A stretch of DNA of 64,000 bases from Octopus bimaculoides (lineage: Eukaryota), in the NCBI RefSeq assembly GCF_001194135.2, contig NC_068997.1, forward strand, positions 50,381,346 through 50,445,345, written 5' to 3'. The first letter of the stretch is position 1. Every line of letters starts with the position of its first letter. Position numbers and translations under genes: made by a program. This document shows positions 12,641 through 23,791 of this stretch, piece after piece. Under the pieces are notes generated by a model. That model ran no database searches and was not told the DNA's origin. It saw only the letters and a program-made list of their open reading frames with translations.

Positions 12641-12975
12641 CTTGTTTACTTCTCTCCCCTGCTATATTTTTGCTCTTTCTGCACTTTTGACTTGGATTCT
12701 GGTCCTGATCAATGGCTAATGATTAAATCAAGTGGTACACTTGTCATAACTCAATTGAAGTGGTCATTGTATGCCACAGTAAGGAAACACCAAATGGATT
12801 CTTCAAGCCAAGCCAATCAGGAGAACTGACTAGAGGTACATCAAAACTAAGATGTGTGTGTGGAGGGGTAGGCACCATTGCAGCATGTTGTTGGATTTAC
12901 CATTTGTAGGTATATTACCAGGTCCACTTGGGTGACCCATCAAACAGAGTCCTAGTTAGTCCCCCCTCCACGAGA

Positions 12976-13140
12976 TACAAGGGAGTGCTGAAAAGTTTCT
13001 GGATTTGGGTAAAAGAAAATACAGGAGGATCAGTTAATTATGATTTTATTCAACATATCCCACCACCCCCCTCTCAGATTCACACACTTACTGCAGCAGT
13101 CCTTCAGTTTTTCTCAGCCCAGAACTTGGAAGGTTGGGCC
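12976..13140 (+). mobile_element. Mariner-like terminal remnant
   Basis: tacaagggagtgctgaaaagtttctgg resembles mariner TIR starts; no ORF. Confidence 0.5.
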
Positions 13141-13179
13141 TCCAGCTAGGCCTTTCACAATACCCTTAAGGCCAAGAAC

Positions 13180-13520
13180 TTTTCAGCTGCCCCTCATACC
13201 TTCTCCTCCTCCTCTGCCATGACCTTGTGGCATGAGGTCAACCAGCACAAGCCGTCGGCCCAGCTGGAGCCTCAGTGAAGAGAACAAGGTACAGAGGATC
13301 TAACTAAGAAAACCAATCAACATGGCCAAGTAGTCTGAGCTGGTGCTTCCAAATCATACAAATGACAAATTGGTCAGATAATATCCATTAGTCTCGGTTG
13401 GTCATGTTGGGGAATTCGAACAAACTGTAATGACAATTGTTTCTGGTAGGACCCTATGATGAAGGTGCCTGAGGACTTTGTCCCCAGACCCTCCCAGGAA
13501 AAGCAAGCAGAGTAGATGGA
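13180..13520 (-). mobile_element. Degenerate LINE ORF 3' fragment (RTE-like)
   Basis: IWKHQLRLLGHVDW-like motif in a frameshifted reading. Confidence 0.55.
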
Positions 13521-13667
13521 TGGATGGATTACAATCAGATTTTTAATTGTGGACAATCCTTTCGTTAATTCCTTAGCAGTAGTAATAGTAGTAGCGGTTC
13601 CTCAAATCTACTGCTAGTATTTGTGTGTGTGTGCACATTGATTTGTCTATGTCTACCTACTTTACAG

Positions 13668-13808
13668 AATGCCGTCAAATGTGTTATAGCTGCCAATACA
13701 CCATCACCTCAACCAAACAAGGTATAGAGTGTAGCGAGCATTTCAACGAAACATCAAAAATGTACAGATGTTCATTTTCTTGTCTCATAAGAACTTTGAG
13801 AAACACAG
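13668..13808 (+). CDS. Ly6/uPAR three-finger protein, coding exon 2
   Basis: tactttacag| acceptor, CAG|gtaagt donor, phase 1-1; (E)CRQMCYSCQYTITSTKQGIECSEHFNETSKMYRCSFSCLIRTLRNT with the CYSC start typical of LU domains. Confidence 0.88.
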
Positions 13809-15096
13809 GTAAGTAAAAGTGCTTCTCATTCATTTCATCTAATATAATAAATGCGAATGTCAGTGTGTCACACTTTTTCAACTTTACTCCTAGAGGCTGC
13901 AGCTCAACATATCATACCATTTTGGAATCAGGCCAGATTTCCACCTTTTAATGGTATGGAAACTAAGAAGAGAGAAGGAGAGGGAGAAAGCAAGAAAGGA
14001 ATAGATATACTATGGGGAGGAGAGAAAGCTGTAGAGGGAGAAAGAAAAAAAGAGACGGAATGAAATAGAGAGGGTCAGTGTGAGGGGGAGGAAAGAGGGG
14101 AAAATACAAGGTACAGAATAGGAGGAGGATAAGAAGATGACTGAGTGTGGTTGTATGTGTGTATGTCTGTGCGCATGCACGCGTGTGTGTGTGTGTGTGT
14201 GTGCGTGTTAGTTTATGCTTGCATATGTATGTGTCTGTGTTTATATCTGTGTATATGTTTGCATATGTTTGTATGTGTTTCTGTGTGTGTGTGTATATGT
14301 GTGCAATACTTAAGTCTGTCTCCCCCAACAGAGAAAGTGTTTACACTGCACGGTTTGACTCACGATGGCGACCTCCTTATTGATTGAAATCCCATTTCTT
14401 TCTATGGACACAGTTTGGCTAAACATCACCAACTTAGATCATTGTTTAATGACAACAGCCACATTAGGGAAACTCCTTGAGAAGATCAAAGACTTTGATG
14501 TTGAGGATTAGCTTATCCAGGACAATCTGCAAACTGATTTGTCTGTCTATCAGTTATCACCAGGTGTTGACTTAGGAAATTGCTGGAATATGTTGGTGCA
14601 TAGTGTCATAGGAAGGAGAGCTGTCTTTGGTAGCAAATTCCTTTTCTTATGGATTCTATGACAAAGGTGGAAGGGAGGGAGAGGAATACTGGGATTAGGG
14701 GGCAATGAAGGGAGAGGAAGAGGGGGTTGGGGAGAGAAGACAGTGGAAGAGAGGGAAGTGTTCCAGGGAGTGAGTAGTATTGGGAAGAGTGATAGAGAGG
14801 TGGGGGATGGAGGGACACAGGTATTTTGGTGTGAGAGAGTTGCTTTGAGGAGGAGGTGATGGTAAAAGGAGGGTGGAGAGGGGCAGCGTTGGCAAGCAGA
14901 TGGGTGGGGGTGGGGGTGGGAGTAAAGTAAAGAATGTTTGAACTGAACAGTGTTTGATCTGGAGCTTCTATCAGAGCCTAACCCCTCCCACCTCTCCATA
15001 TGTCTTTATTCTCAAGATACCATTGTTTGGTAGCCGAATGTATGCCAGGGTCTATCCCAACTTTCATGATGCTAACCTGTATACATATCAGCATGC

Positions 15097-15217
15097 ATAC
15101 ACAAGACCTCCCACCAGCAACAGCATGTATACAAAAGAGCTCTCATCAGCAACAGTGCATATACACAAGAGCTCCCACCAGTGACAACACATATACACAA
15201 GTGCTCTCACCAACAAA
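15097..15217 (+). repeat. 32-bp minisatellite, about 3.7 units, in Ly6 intron 2
   Basis: Units start at 15101, 15133, 15165 and 15197 (acaagagctcccaccagcaacagcatatatac-like). Confidence 0.8.
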
Positions 15218-15547
15218 AGAGTTATCAGTATATCTATATAGTGTAAATATGTAATGCAAACATGTTTGCAAACCCTGCACTATTTCACATGGGACTTCAG
15301 ATCCTCCAAAGTTATTTTGGTGTACAAGTTGCTCCAGGTTGTTTGAATTTTAATCTCACAAGAGGCACATCTGAACATGCCATTTGTTCTGACGTGTACA
15401 ACCCCCTTAGTCCCTCCACCCTATTTTCTGCTGCTTAATCCCCATCCTCCCTTTTCTTTTTTTTATTCCTTGGCAAAGTAATTAGTGGGACGATTTGATC
15501 TTTTATACTTTCAATGTTTTTTCTTTCTTCCTGTAAAAATATCCTAA

Positions 15548-15814
15548 TACTAGCTGTTGGACCCGGCGTTGCTTGCGTTTTCCATGTTGAAGTTAAGCCC
15601 ACCTCTGATCTTGTACTGAAATCATCTATGTTCCCCGTGCGAAGTGTTACCCATCAATTTTGTTGAAATTTTACATGTGAAAAAATAACATCGTTATGAG
15701 AATTTCCATTCAAACACCCGATTAAGCTCACAAAAATCGATGCCAACTGAGCATTGAATTTTCGAACGATTCACACACACAGACAGACACCATTACACAT
15801 TTATGTATATAGAT
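15548..15814 (+). mobile_element. Helitron-like non-autonomous element in Ly6 intron 2
   Basis: 5' tactagctgttggacccggcgttgc, internal (CA)/(CAGA) tract and 3' tatgtatatagat, the layout of invertebrate Lep1/DINE-type elements. Confidence 0.5.
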
Positions 15815-16077
15815 ATACCTTCACAAGGCTAAGAAAGTATCAATTTGTATGCCAAAAAACATGGCAAACACACAAAACTTATTGCAAACAAGAGTTATAC
15901 ACATTAGCTTTCTCTCTTAATCTTAGACTCTAGCACAAGACTCTTGCACAAGATGCCACACAGTGGCAGCTAAATCTAATAACTACATGGCACTAAAATA
16001 AACTTAACCATGCAGTTATACCTTAATCTTTTGCATAGCCATACCTACACCTAAATATTTTCTTTTCTTTTCTCTAG

Positions 16078-16325
16078 CGACTCAAGAAATAACGTCAGCC
16101 TTCCGTGGCTGCGCTGCACCTGAATCGAGTGGATGTCTTGATATCAACGGTGTGACACGATGTTCTTACACATGCAATAAAGATTTATGCAACACCATGA
16201 GTATTGACAAACTTGAAGAGAAATATGGTTTGAAGAATGGAACAAATGTAATATATGGCAATAATTTCATAATAGTTATTACTTTTCTTATACTGAACTG
16301 TATCAGCCTTCTAAAACTATCTTAG
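16078..16325 (+). CDS. Ly6/uPAR three-finger protein, coding exon 3 (LU C-terminus plus GPI-type signal)
   Basis: ttttcttttctctag| acceptor; (A)TQEITSAFRGCAAPESSGCLDINGVTRCSYTCNKDLCNTMSIDKLEEKYGLKNGTNVIYGNNFIIVITFLILNCISLLKLS-TAG; terminal CN motif and hydrophobic tail; spliced CDS 46+141+248=435 nt, 144 aa. Confidence 0.88.
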
Positions 16326-16328
16326 TTC

Positions 16329-16670
16329 TTAACTCTCGGGTTACCATATTTCTCTTGAATACATTATTATTTTCTAAAAGAATTGAAATAAAGGTAAAGA
16401 TTTAAGTGAAATAACTTTGTTGTTATTAGTCTGGTGTTTGGGACATAACATGAAATTTTCATGGAATCTTTTGAATTTAGGTCCCTCTAACCCATTAGCA
16501 CTTAAACTGGTCCAAATATTCTACTTATGTTCAAACCATCCAGATCTGGCCTCTCACACCTACCCTACAATGTCCTTGTAAGAAATAAACAATCACAACA
16601 TTGAAATCTCAAAACTCCAAGATTACTTAAAAATAATCTGAATGCTAGTGTTAAAAGAAGTTAGTAACCT
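16329..16670 (+). mobile_element. MITE family 2 with nested MITE family 1, starting 3 nt after the Ly6 stop codon
   Basis: TTAA at 16329-16332; similarity to 46619-46742; family 1 inserted at 16487-16654. Confidence 0.7.
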
Positions 16671-16852
16671 AGCAGCAGGACAGTTTCAAGCATGCTGTGG
16701 TCAGAAGGCTTAATAACATGCAAGGACGCTGCTAAATTCACTTTAAATTTATCTCATGAAGTGTCAAAATTTCCATTACACAACTGTGACTTGGTCAGTT
16801 TAGTGACACAGTTTTCGCAGTTCATTATCATTTCATTAATATTTAGCAGAGT

Positions 16853-17232
16853 GGAGGCGCAATGGCCCAGTGGTTAGGGCAGCGGACTCGTGGTCATAGG
16901 ATCGCGGTTTCGATTCCTAGACTGGGCGTTGTGAGTGTTTATTGAGCGAAAACACCTAAAGCTCCACGAGGCTCCGGCAGGAGATGGTGGCGAACCCTGC
17001 TGTACTCTTTCACCACAACTTTCTCTCACTCTTACTTCCTGTTTCTGTTGTGCCTGTAATTCAAAGGGTCAGCCTTGTCACTCTGTGTCACGCTGAATAT
17101 CCCCGAGAACTACGTTAAGGGTACACGTGTCTGTGGAGTGCTCAGCCACTTGCACGTTAATTTCACGAGCAGGCTGTTCTGTTGATCGGATCAACTGGAA
17201 CCCTCAACGTCGTAAGCAACGGAGTGCCAAAA
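16853..17232 (+). mobile_element. tRNA-headed SINE family A, full length with 11-bp TSD
   Basis: A box TGGCCCAGTGG and B-box-like GGTTTCGATTCC; aatatttagca duplicated at 16838-16848 and 17243-17253. Confidence 0.9.
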
Positions 17233-18255
17233 GGAAAAGAAAAATATTTAGCATCTGTTTTCCATGCTGACATAGGTTGGTAGGTTTGACAGGAGCTGGT
17301 AAGCCAGAGAGTTGCACCAGTGTATGACTCATGCACACTGATGTAGCACATACCAGTGCAGTTGTCTCTTGCACACCACATCTGATGCCTCTTCTGTCCC
17401 ACTTTCCTCCCAAGATGCTTACACTCTGTCATACATGCACACTGACATTGCACATCCAGCAAAGCATTGTATGACAAAAATCTTAGCACTTCATCGAATA
17501 AGTTTAACCCTTTTGTTGCCATGTTTCTATCAAAATATACTCCCTTTCATTTAATTAATTTTAGTAAAACAACTTTGTCGTTATCAACCTGGTGTTTGGA
17601 TCATAAATTTACAAGAAATTTTGACAGAAGGTTTTAATTTAGCTTTCTTTAAAGCAGAAAGTTTGTATCATAGAACCATTGGCTGTTTCATGCAGGTTGG
17701 CATCAAAAGAATCAAACCATTTGATTCAATAGAATCAGGAGGCAAGGAAAAACTTTGTATATTTGGAAATATTGAAGTGTAACCTAATAAGACAATATAA
17801 GAGAAAATTTTTTGAAATACAGGGGGAAAAGAATATACTATATCTGATGTAGAATATACTATACCTGGTGAAGTATTTAATCAAATAATTTTGTCAATAT
17901 CAAACTGATGTTGGAGGCATAAATTAGCACAAAATTTTGATGGAAGGTTTTAATTTAGATCAAAGGTTCTAAACCCATTTGGCTAAACGCCCCTTTTTTA
18001 CCCTTGGAGTCACAAATGGCCCCCTTACAAAACATTTTTATATTTCAATATACTATTTATTTTGATATCAGCAAATAATGATTAAAAAATAAAGGATGTC
18101 ATTTTACATATGTGCTTGTATGCAGTTGGGAGCACTTACAGATACTCATATCGATTGTATGCCTACAAATGCACTAACTGAAATGCAAAAAAAACAAAAA
18201 CCCAAATAATAAAAAGTCTTATGAATGAAAGTTTGGCAACTGTGTTTATTTCCAC

Positions 18256-18793
18256 GGTAATCTTCAAGTTTAGGGTGGTAAACAAAGTAAATAAAAATAT
18301 ACAAGGGAAATAACTTAACGTCTTACTAGTATTATCCATACTACTCTGAAATGTGTTTTTTTTTTTTAGCTGTTTATATATAAATCACACATGTCATTGA
18401 ATATCATAGTACCAGGCTGAGAGATCAAAAATGCCTCGTGGAAGACCGGTTGCACAACAACTTATTATTCCTCAAAATGAAATCGTCACTCGTCAATTAA
18501 TTTTAGAAGAATATTGGAATATTAGTGAGATATGCAGCAGTTCAAAACACAAAATGTTGGAATGGTGTGCGCGCCGTCGGCTTATTAGGAATGAGTTTAC
18601 CTGCGAGGATTGCTTAGTACCATGCGGACTTGTTAAAAATAAAAAAACAAAAAAAAACACGTGTTATTTATTTATAAACAGCTAAAAAAAAAAACACATT
18701 TCAGAGTAGTATGGATAATACTAATAAGACGTTAAGTTATTTCCCTTGTATATTTTTATTTACTTTTTTACCACCCTAAACTTGAAGATTACG
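18256..18793 (+). mobile_element. Non-autonomous Merlin/ISXO2-like DNA transposon with about 140-bp TIRs
   Basis: Near-perfect inverted repeats 18257-18396 and 18657-18793 enclose MPRGRP...MLEWCARRRLIRNEFTCEDCLVPCGL, resembling an N-terminal transposase zinc ribbon; no TSD seen. Confidence 0.6.
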
Positions 18794-19090
18794 CAGATGA
18801 GTAACAAGTTGTAGAGGACGGTATTTGACGAAAAAATTACAGATATTTAAAAACTCTTTTTAACCATAAATTAGAAAATTACTATTTTTAAATCTCACAA
18901 CATGAGATTTTAATCAATAATAAACTTTCGTTGTGGCGAACGGTATCAACTTTAAGGTTGTACCCCGAGATTCCTCTCCATCATTACAATTAAAATTATT
19001 TAGTGTTTTTAGCTGAGGTTCAATTTGCTATAAATAACAGCCAAATCTCCCTCATACTAAGCTCTTGGTAGAATTAAGGAAAGGGAAAAT

Positions 19091-19501
19091 GCTTCGTTTG
19101 TGTCCGTAGAATTTATCAAATTAGAATACGCAAATTTAATATAAAAATATATTTTCTGAAATTGCAAATTATTTAAAATAGAGAGAATTTAGCAAAATAG
19201 AAAACAAATGAAGTTTGAAGTTAAGTTTAAAAATAAACGTGATACTTATTTATGCTCCGTAGACACTTATACTCTGTAAGGTTTCAAACGCATGGATATA
19301 GGTGTCGAATTTGTTCCAATTACTTTCCGACGATTTCTAGGAGTGAATTTTTTTTAGTATAAATTCAGTGATGTTTATAGCAGAGAGAGAGAGTAGAAGG
19401 ATTTCTTGGGGGGTTTTAACTGCTGTTTCTAGGACGATTTCTAGGAGTGAATTATTATTAGTATAAATTCATTTGTTTAAATTCTACGGAAACAACCGAA
19501 G
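19091..19501. mobile_element. MITE with about 28-bp TIR and internal direct repeat
   Basis: cttcgtttgtgtccgtagaattta / taaattctacggaaacaaccgaag; gacgatttctaggagtgaatt occurs twice inside. Confidence 0.6.
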
Positions 19502-19747
19502 GTGGACGAGTGATCGATAGATAGATACATAGAGAGAGAGAGATAGACAGACAGACAGACAGCTCCGGCCAGTCGGCAGCCAAAGAATCAACTCAAACCA
19601 GCAGTAACGTTCCTTGTTAGATTTTTCTACTTTCACTTCTGACAGCTAATACCATGACAGTGCCCTTGCGGCACCATGACAGTGCCGCCCTTGCTCCTCT
19701 TCATGATTATGATTAAAATTAATTTTGGCAAAACTACAGATTTCTAC

Positions 19748-20858
19748 CCCCGACTTAGGATTATCATAACTTTCAGAAAAATGGATATTTTTTAATGAAA
19801 TTTTCTATGGACATGTTATATTATGCAGATTCCGAATATACAAAGTTTTTTGGGGAAAGTATTTTTGGAGGGGTGTGATGGGGACTTTCGGAAAATTCAT
19901 CGGAACCCACTTGTATTGGTCTTAACTTTCAAGAAAATGGTTAGTTTTTTAACGAAATTCTCTACAAATATACCTCGAACTATATAGATTCCGAAGAGAT
20001 AGGAATTGGTGGGGGGACAATGGGGGTTATTTTTGAGAACCGTTTCCCACTCGGGGGTGTTTTGGAAACAAGTCGTCCATAATTGTTTCATTTTCTCTGT
20101 TTTGTACGTTTGTGCATCCGTAGATTTCTACTGAAGCAACAAACAGGCAATGAAAGCAAATGAAGCCCTCACCTGAAAACTCGCTCTGCTAAAAATAACA
20201 GCTAAAGATCTGGTACACAGAAATATACTATTAAGATGACTTACCTGTTGCATACGATTTTTTTCACTTGAAGTAAATTCCCAGGTAAACGTTTCTAACA
20301 GAAAGGCAGCAGACCCCAGAAGCAAAAAGATGGAATATATACGCACAGTTAAATATAGAAGTATAACATATATAAAGTATAATTTGTTACATAATCTCTA
20401 TAGTAAACATGATATTGAGTGAAATAATTCCCCGTTTGAACTTTTTTAAAATTACATGTGTGTTTGTGTGGAAATCTACGGATGCACAAAGTCACAAAAC
20501 AGAGAAAATGAAACAAATATGGACTTGTTCTAAAACAACCCCGAGTGGGACACGGTTCTCAAAAATGACCCCCAATTATTCCCCCCCCCCCAATTCCTAT
20601 GTCCTTGGAATCTACATAGTCAAAGGTGTTTTTATACAGAATGCCATTAAAAAATATCCATTTTCTTGAAAGTTAAGAGGAATTGAAGTGGACTCCGATG
20701 AATTTTCGGAAATTCCTCACCACACCCCCTCCTAAAACACTTCTCCTCAAAAACTTTGTATATTCGGAATCTACATGATATAACACATATTCGTAGAAAA
20801 TTTCCTTTAAAAAATATTCAATTTTTCTGAAAGTTATGATCATCCAAAGTCAGTGGGG
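19748..20858. mobile_element. Foldback-type element with about 380-bp inverted arms
   Basis: 19748-20128 is an imperfect reverse complement of 20471-20858; each arm contains an internal tandem subrepeat. Confidence 0.8.
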
Positions 20859-21246
20859 CACGACTATTTTTAGATTTTGCTTTTGGGGTTTCACTTTAGC
20901 GACACCAGTTACACCTGATACCAGAACATGCTTGATGTCTTGATTGATGTCGCTAAAGTAGAAAAAGTTTTGAAAACATTTGAAACACGTTTTACCTTCA
21001 AATTAAATTCACCGAGGTTGAGGGGGGGGGGTCTTCCAGCGCCCCTCTAGAGCCCCATTAATCTCTTAACGCCCCCACCCGTGCCCCTTTAGCTAAGGTA
21101 AATAGTGTCAGGGCAAGCATTACAACTGCACCCCCGCCACCCAACTTTTTTTTCAATGGCTTAATTAGAAAATGATCTTGGCCGAAATTGTGCCCCCTGC
21201 TTAAAGTAGTGTCCAGGGCATGTACCCTGCTTGTTGTACCCCAGCT

Positions 21247-21410
21247 GATAGTGTTATCCTTCTTAGTGGTAATGATGCTGTTGTATCACTGCTGATTGTT
21301 AACCCATTAATAAGCAAAGACAGCCATATTTTTGCTAGTGTTAACCCTTTGAATGACAATAATGACGCTGTTATCCTATTACTAGTGTTAACCCTTTCAT
21401 AACAGTGACA
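21247..21410 (+). repeat. Degenerate minisatellite with roughly 40-bp units
   Basis: Recurring gtgttaacccttt...aatgacgctgttatcc units. Confidence 0.6.
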
Positions 21411-21649
21411 AGCCTTGTGAGTGGATTTGGTAAAAGAAACCTATCATATTTGTGTGTGAGGAAGATGCGAAGGGGAAAATATTACCTTGCTTGGAAATAG
21501 GTGAAGATTGGTGACAGGAAGAGCATCCGACCATCGGAAATCTGTTTCGATGAATTGTGTTTGATCCATGCAATCATGGAAAAGCAAATGTTAAAAATGA
21601 TAATTGCTCCATCCTCATTGTCGAAACTGTCAAAGATCTATATACTTTG

Positions 21650-22260
21650 TGTAGAGTTCTTTGGGCGGCATCTGTCCGTCTTGTAGAGAGAGAAGTAGAG
21701 GAGGATGTGGAGAAGGAAACTGAAGAGAAACTCCTGAAATGACTGTGAAGTCCATTGTTCAGTCAATTCTATTACACAAAAAGTGGTGCTTCTTCCGTAG
21801 ATGCTACAAGTGTTCTATAAAAAGACATAACTTCCCCGCCTTGTAAACCTCATTCATCTAGGTCTTACAAAGGTTTTTGTCCTCGGCTTAATGCTCATGA
21901 CATTTGTTGTTCCTATAAAGTCCTGTTGTCTGTGATTGCTTCACAAAGAACAGGGGTCAATGTCAATCGCTTTCAAGTCACATTCACACACAACTTCATA
22001 TCACAAGTGCAGGGGCTTTTTGATCTCTCACCACAGATCCCAAGTGATCAACACAGCAGATCTTTTCTGTGAATGACATCTCTTAGCCATGGAGTTTCAT
22101 GCTTGTCCTGTTAAACAAGCTACTGTTTCAGACGTTTTCAAAACAGACAACTCCTATGAAACATACAAAAGCTTATGTTTCCTGCAAAGAACAGGTTTCC
22201 CATCACTTGCTGCCATATTCAAGTGGAAAACCAGGTGTTAAACAACTCGACCGTGCCAGG
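21650..22260 (-). mobile_element. Degenerate RTE-like LINE 3' ORF fragment
   Basis: Remnant PWLRDVI...GLHSHFR resembles the RTE C-terminus; many stops. Confidence 0.5.
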
Positions 22261-22351
22261 TATTCAGCATTGTTTATTCTCCTCTACTAAAGAAGTTTAC
22301 TACATAGCTATAGGCATGGCTCAATAACTGATTAACTATACAATGTATCGT

Positions 22352-22982
22352 GGAGGTACAATGGCCCAGTGGTTAGGGCAGCGGACTTGCAGTCATAGGA
22401 TCGCAGTTTCGATTCCCAGACTGGGCATTGTGAGTGTTTATTGAGCGAAAACACCTAAAGCTCCACAAGGCTCCGGCAGGGGATGGTGGCGAACCCTTCT
22501 GTACTCTTTCATCACAACTTTCTCTCACTCTTACTTCCTGTTTCTGTTGTGCCTGTAATTCAAAGGGTCAGCCTTGTCGCACTGTGTCACGCTGAATATC
22601 CCCGAGAACTACGTTAAGGGTACATGTGTCTGTGGAGTGCTCAGCCACTTGCATGTTAATTTCANNNNNNNNNNGTGAGTGTTTATTGAGCGAAAACACC
22701 TAAAGCTCCACAAGGCTCCGGCAGGGGATGGTGGCGAACCCTTCTGTACTCTTTCATCACAACTTTCTCTCACTCTTACTTCCTGTTTCTGTTGTGCCTG
22801 TAATTCAAAGGGTCAGCCTTGTCGCACTGTGTCACGCTGAATATCCCCGAGAACTACGTTAAGGGTACATGTGTCTGTGGAGTGCTCAGCCACTTGCATG
22901 TTAATTTCACGAGCAGGCTGTTCCGTTGATCGGATCAACTGGAACCCTTGACATCGTAAGCAACGGAGTGCCAACAACAACA
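22352..22982 (+). mobile_element. SINE family A (internal part repeated across a 10-N gap)
   Basis: Same family; about 22431-22664 recurs identically from 22675. Confidence 0.85.
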
Positions 22983-23725
22983 ATTGCTAACAGTGAGTTG
23001 TACAAAAACAACTTATTGAAATGCATTTTAAGTCCAATATAGAGAAAAAGTGTGTAACTTACAATGCCAATAAATTATTTTGTTCTCTACATTAACCACT
23101 TGTTGCTTAAAACTTACAAACTTCATACACTCAGATCCTGGATTGCATTGATACATGCACGCACAGGCATGCATGGTTAGAAAGGAAACTTGTGAAGCAC
23201 ACAGCCATGCCTACAGTGTAATGAAAGTGTTACAATCATATTGAATTTGTGATGGCCAAGAAATTGTAGCAGAACAGTTGAAGCAAAATATAAAAGAGCA
23301 GCTGCAGGCAGACAGACAGCAAAATAGAATAATTCTTAGAGATTTGTCTTAGATTTAGAAAAATATTTATACCAAAAGTTTAAAAAAAAGAAACCACAAA
23401 TAGCATTTTATATTTGACCATCGATGGAAATATTAAGAAAATATTAAAAAAAAAATTTAAAAAAAGATAAAGACAAAATTAATTAAGATATGTTTAATGA
23501 ATGAATAGACAGACAATTAAAGATTGTTTGTATTCCAAACAAAGACATTTTTTTTTAAATATCTTTTTTTTTATTTGAGTTGTTCTTTATTATGAATTGT
23601 ATTTATTACAATATATTTATTTTCAAATTTTTTTTTTTTTTTAATATATATATTTGTTCCAACACTGCCTCAAAGATGGTGTGTAGAGACAGCAGAAACA
23701 CCACACAACTGATTTTATATATTTA

Positions 23726-23791
<66 letters not shown>

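Noticed and set aside
15097-15217. Regularly spaced 32-bp units as a CRISPR-like array
   Set aside because: Contiguous tandem units without unique spacers, in a eukaryotic intron; an ordinary minisatellite
16853-16925. tRNA-like sequences at SINE heads
   Set aside because: They continue into several hundred nt of SINE body with TSDs and lack a complete cloverleaf, so they are not tRNA genes
22431-22909. Apparent tandem duplication of a SINE body
   Set aside because: Identical sequence on both sides of a 10-N gap indicates an unmerged contig overlap
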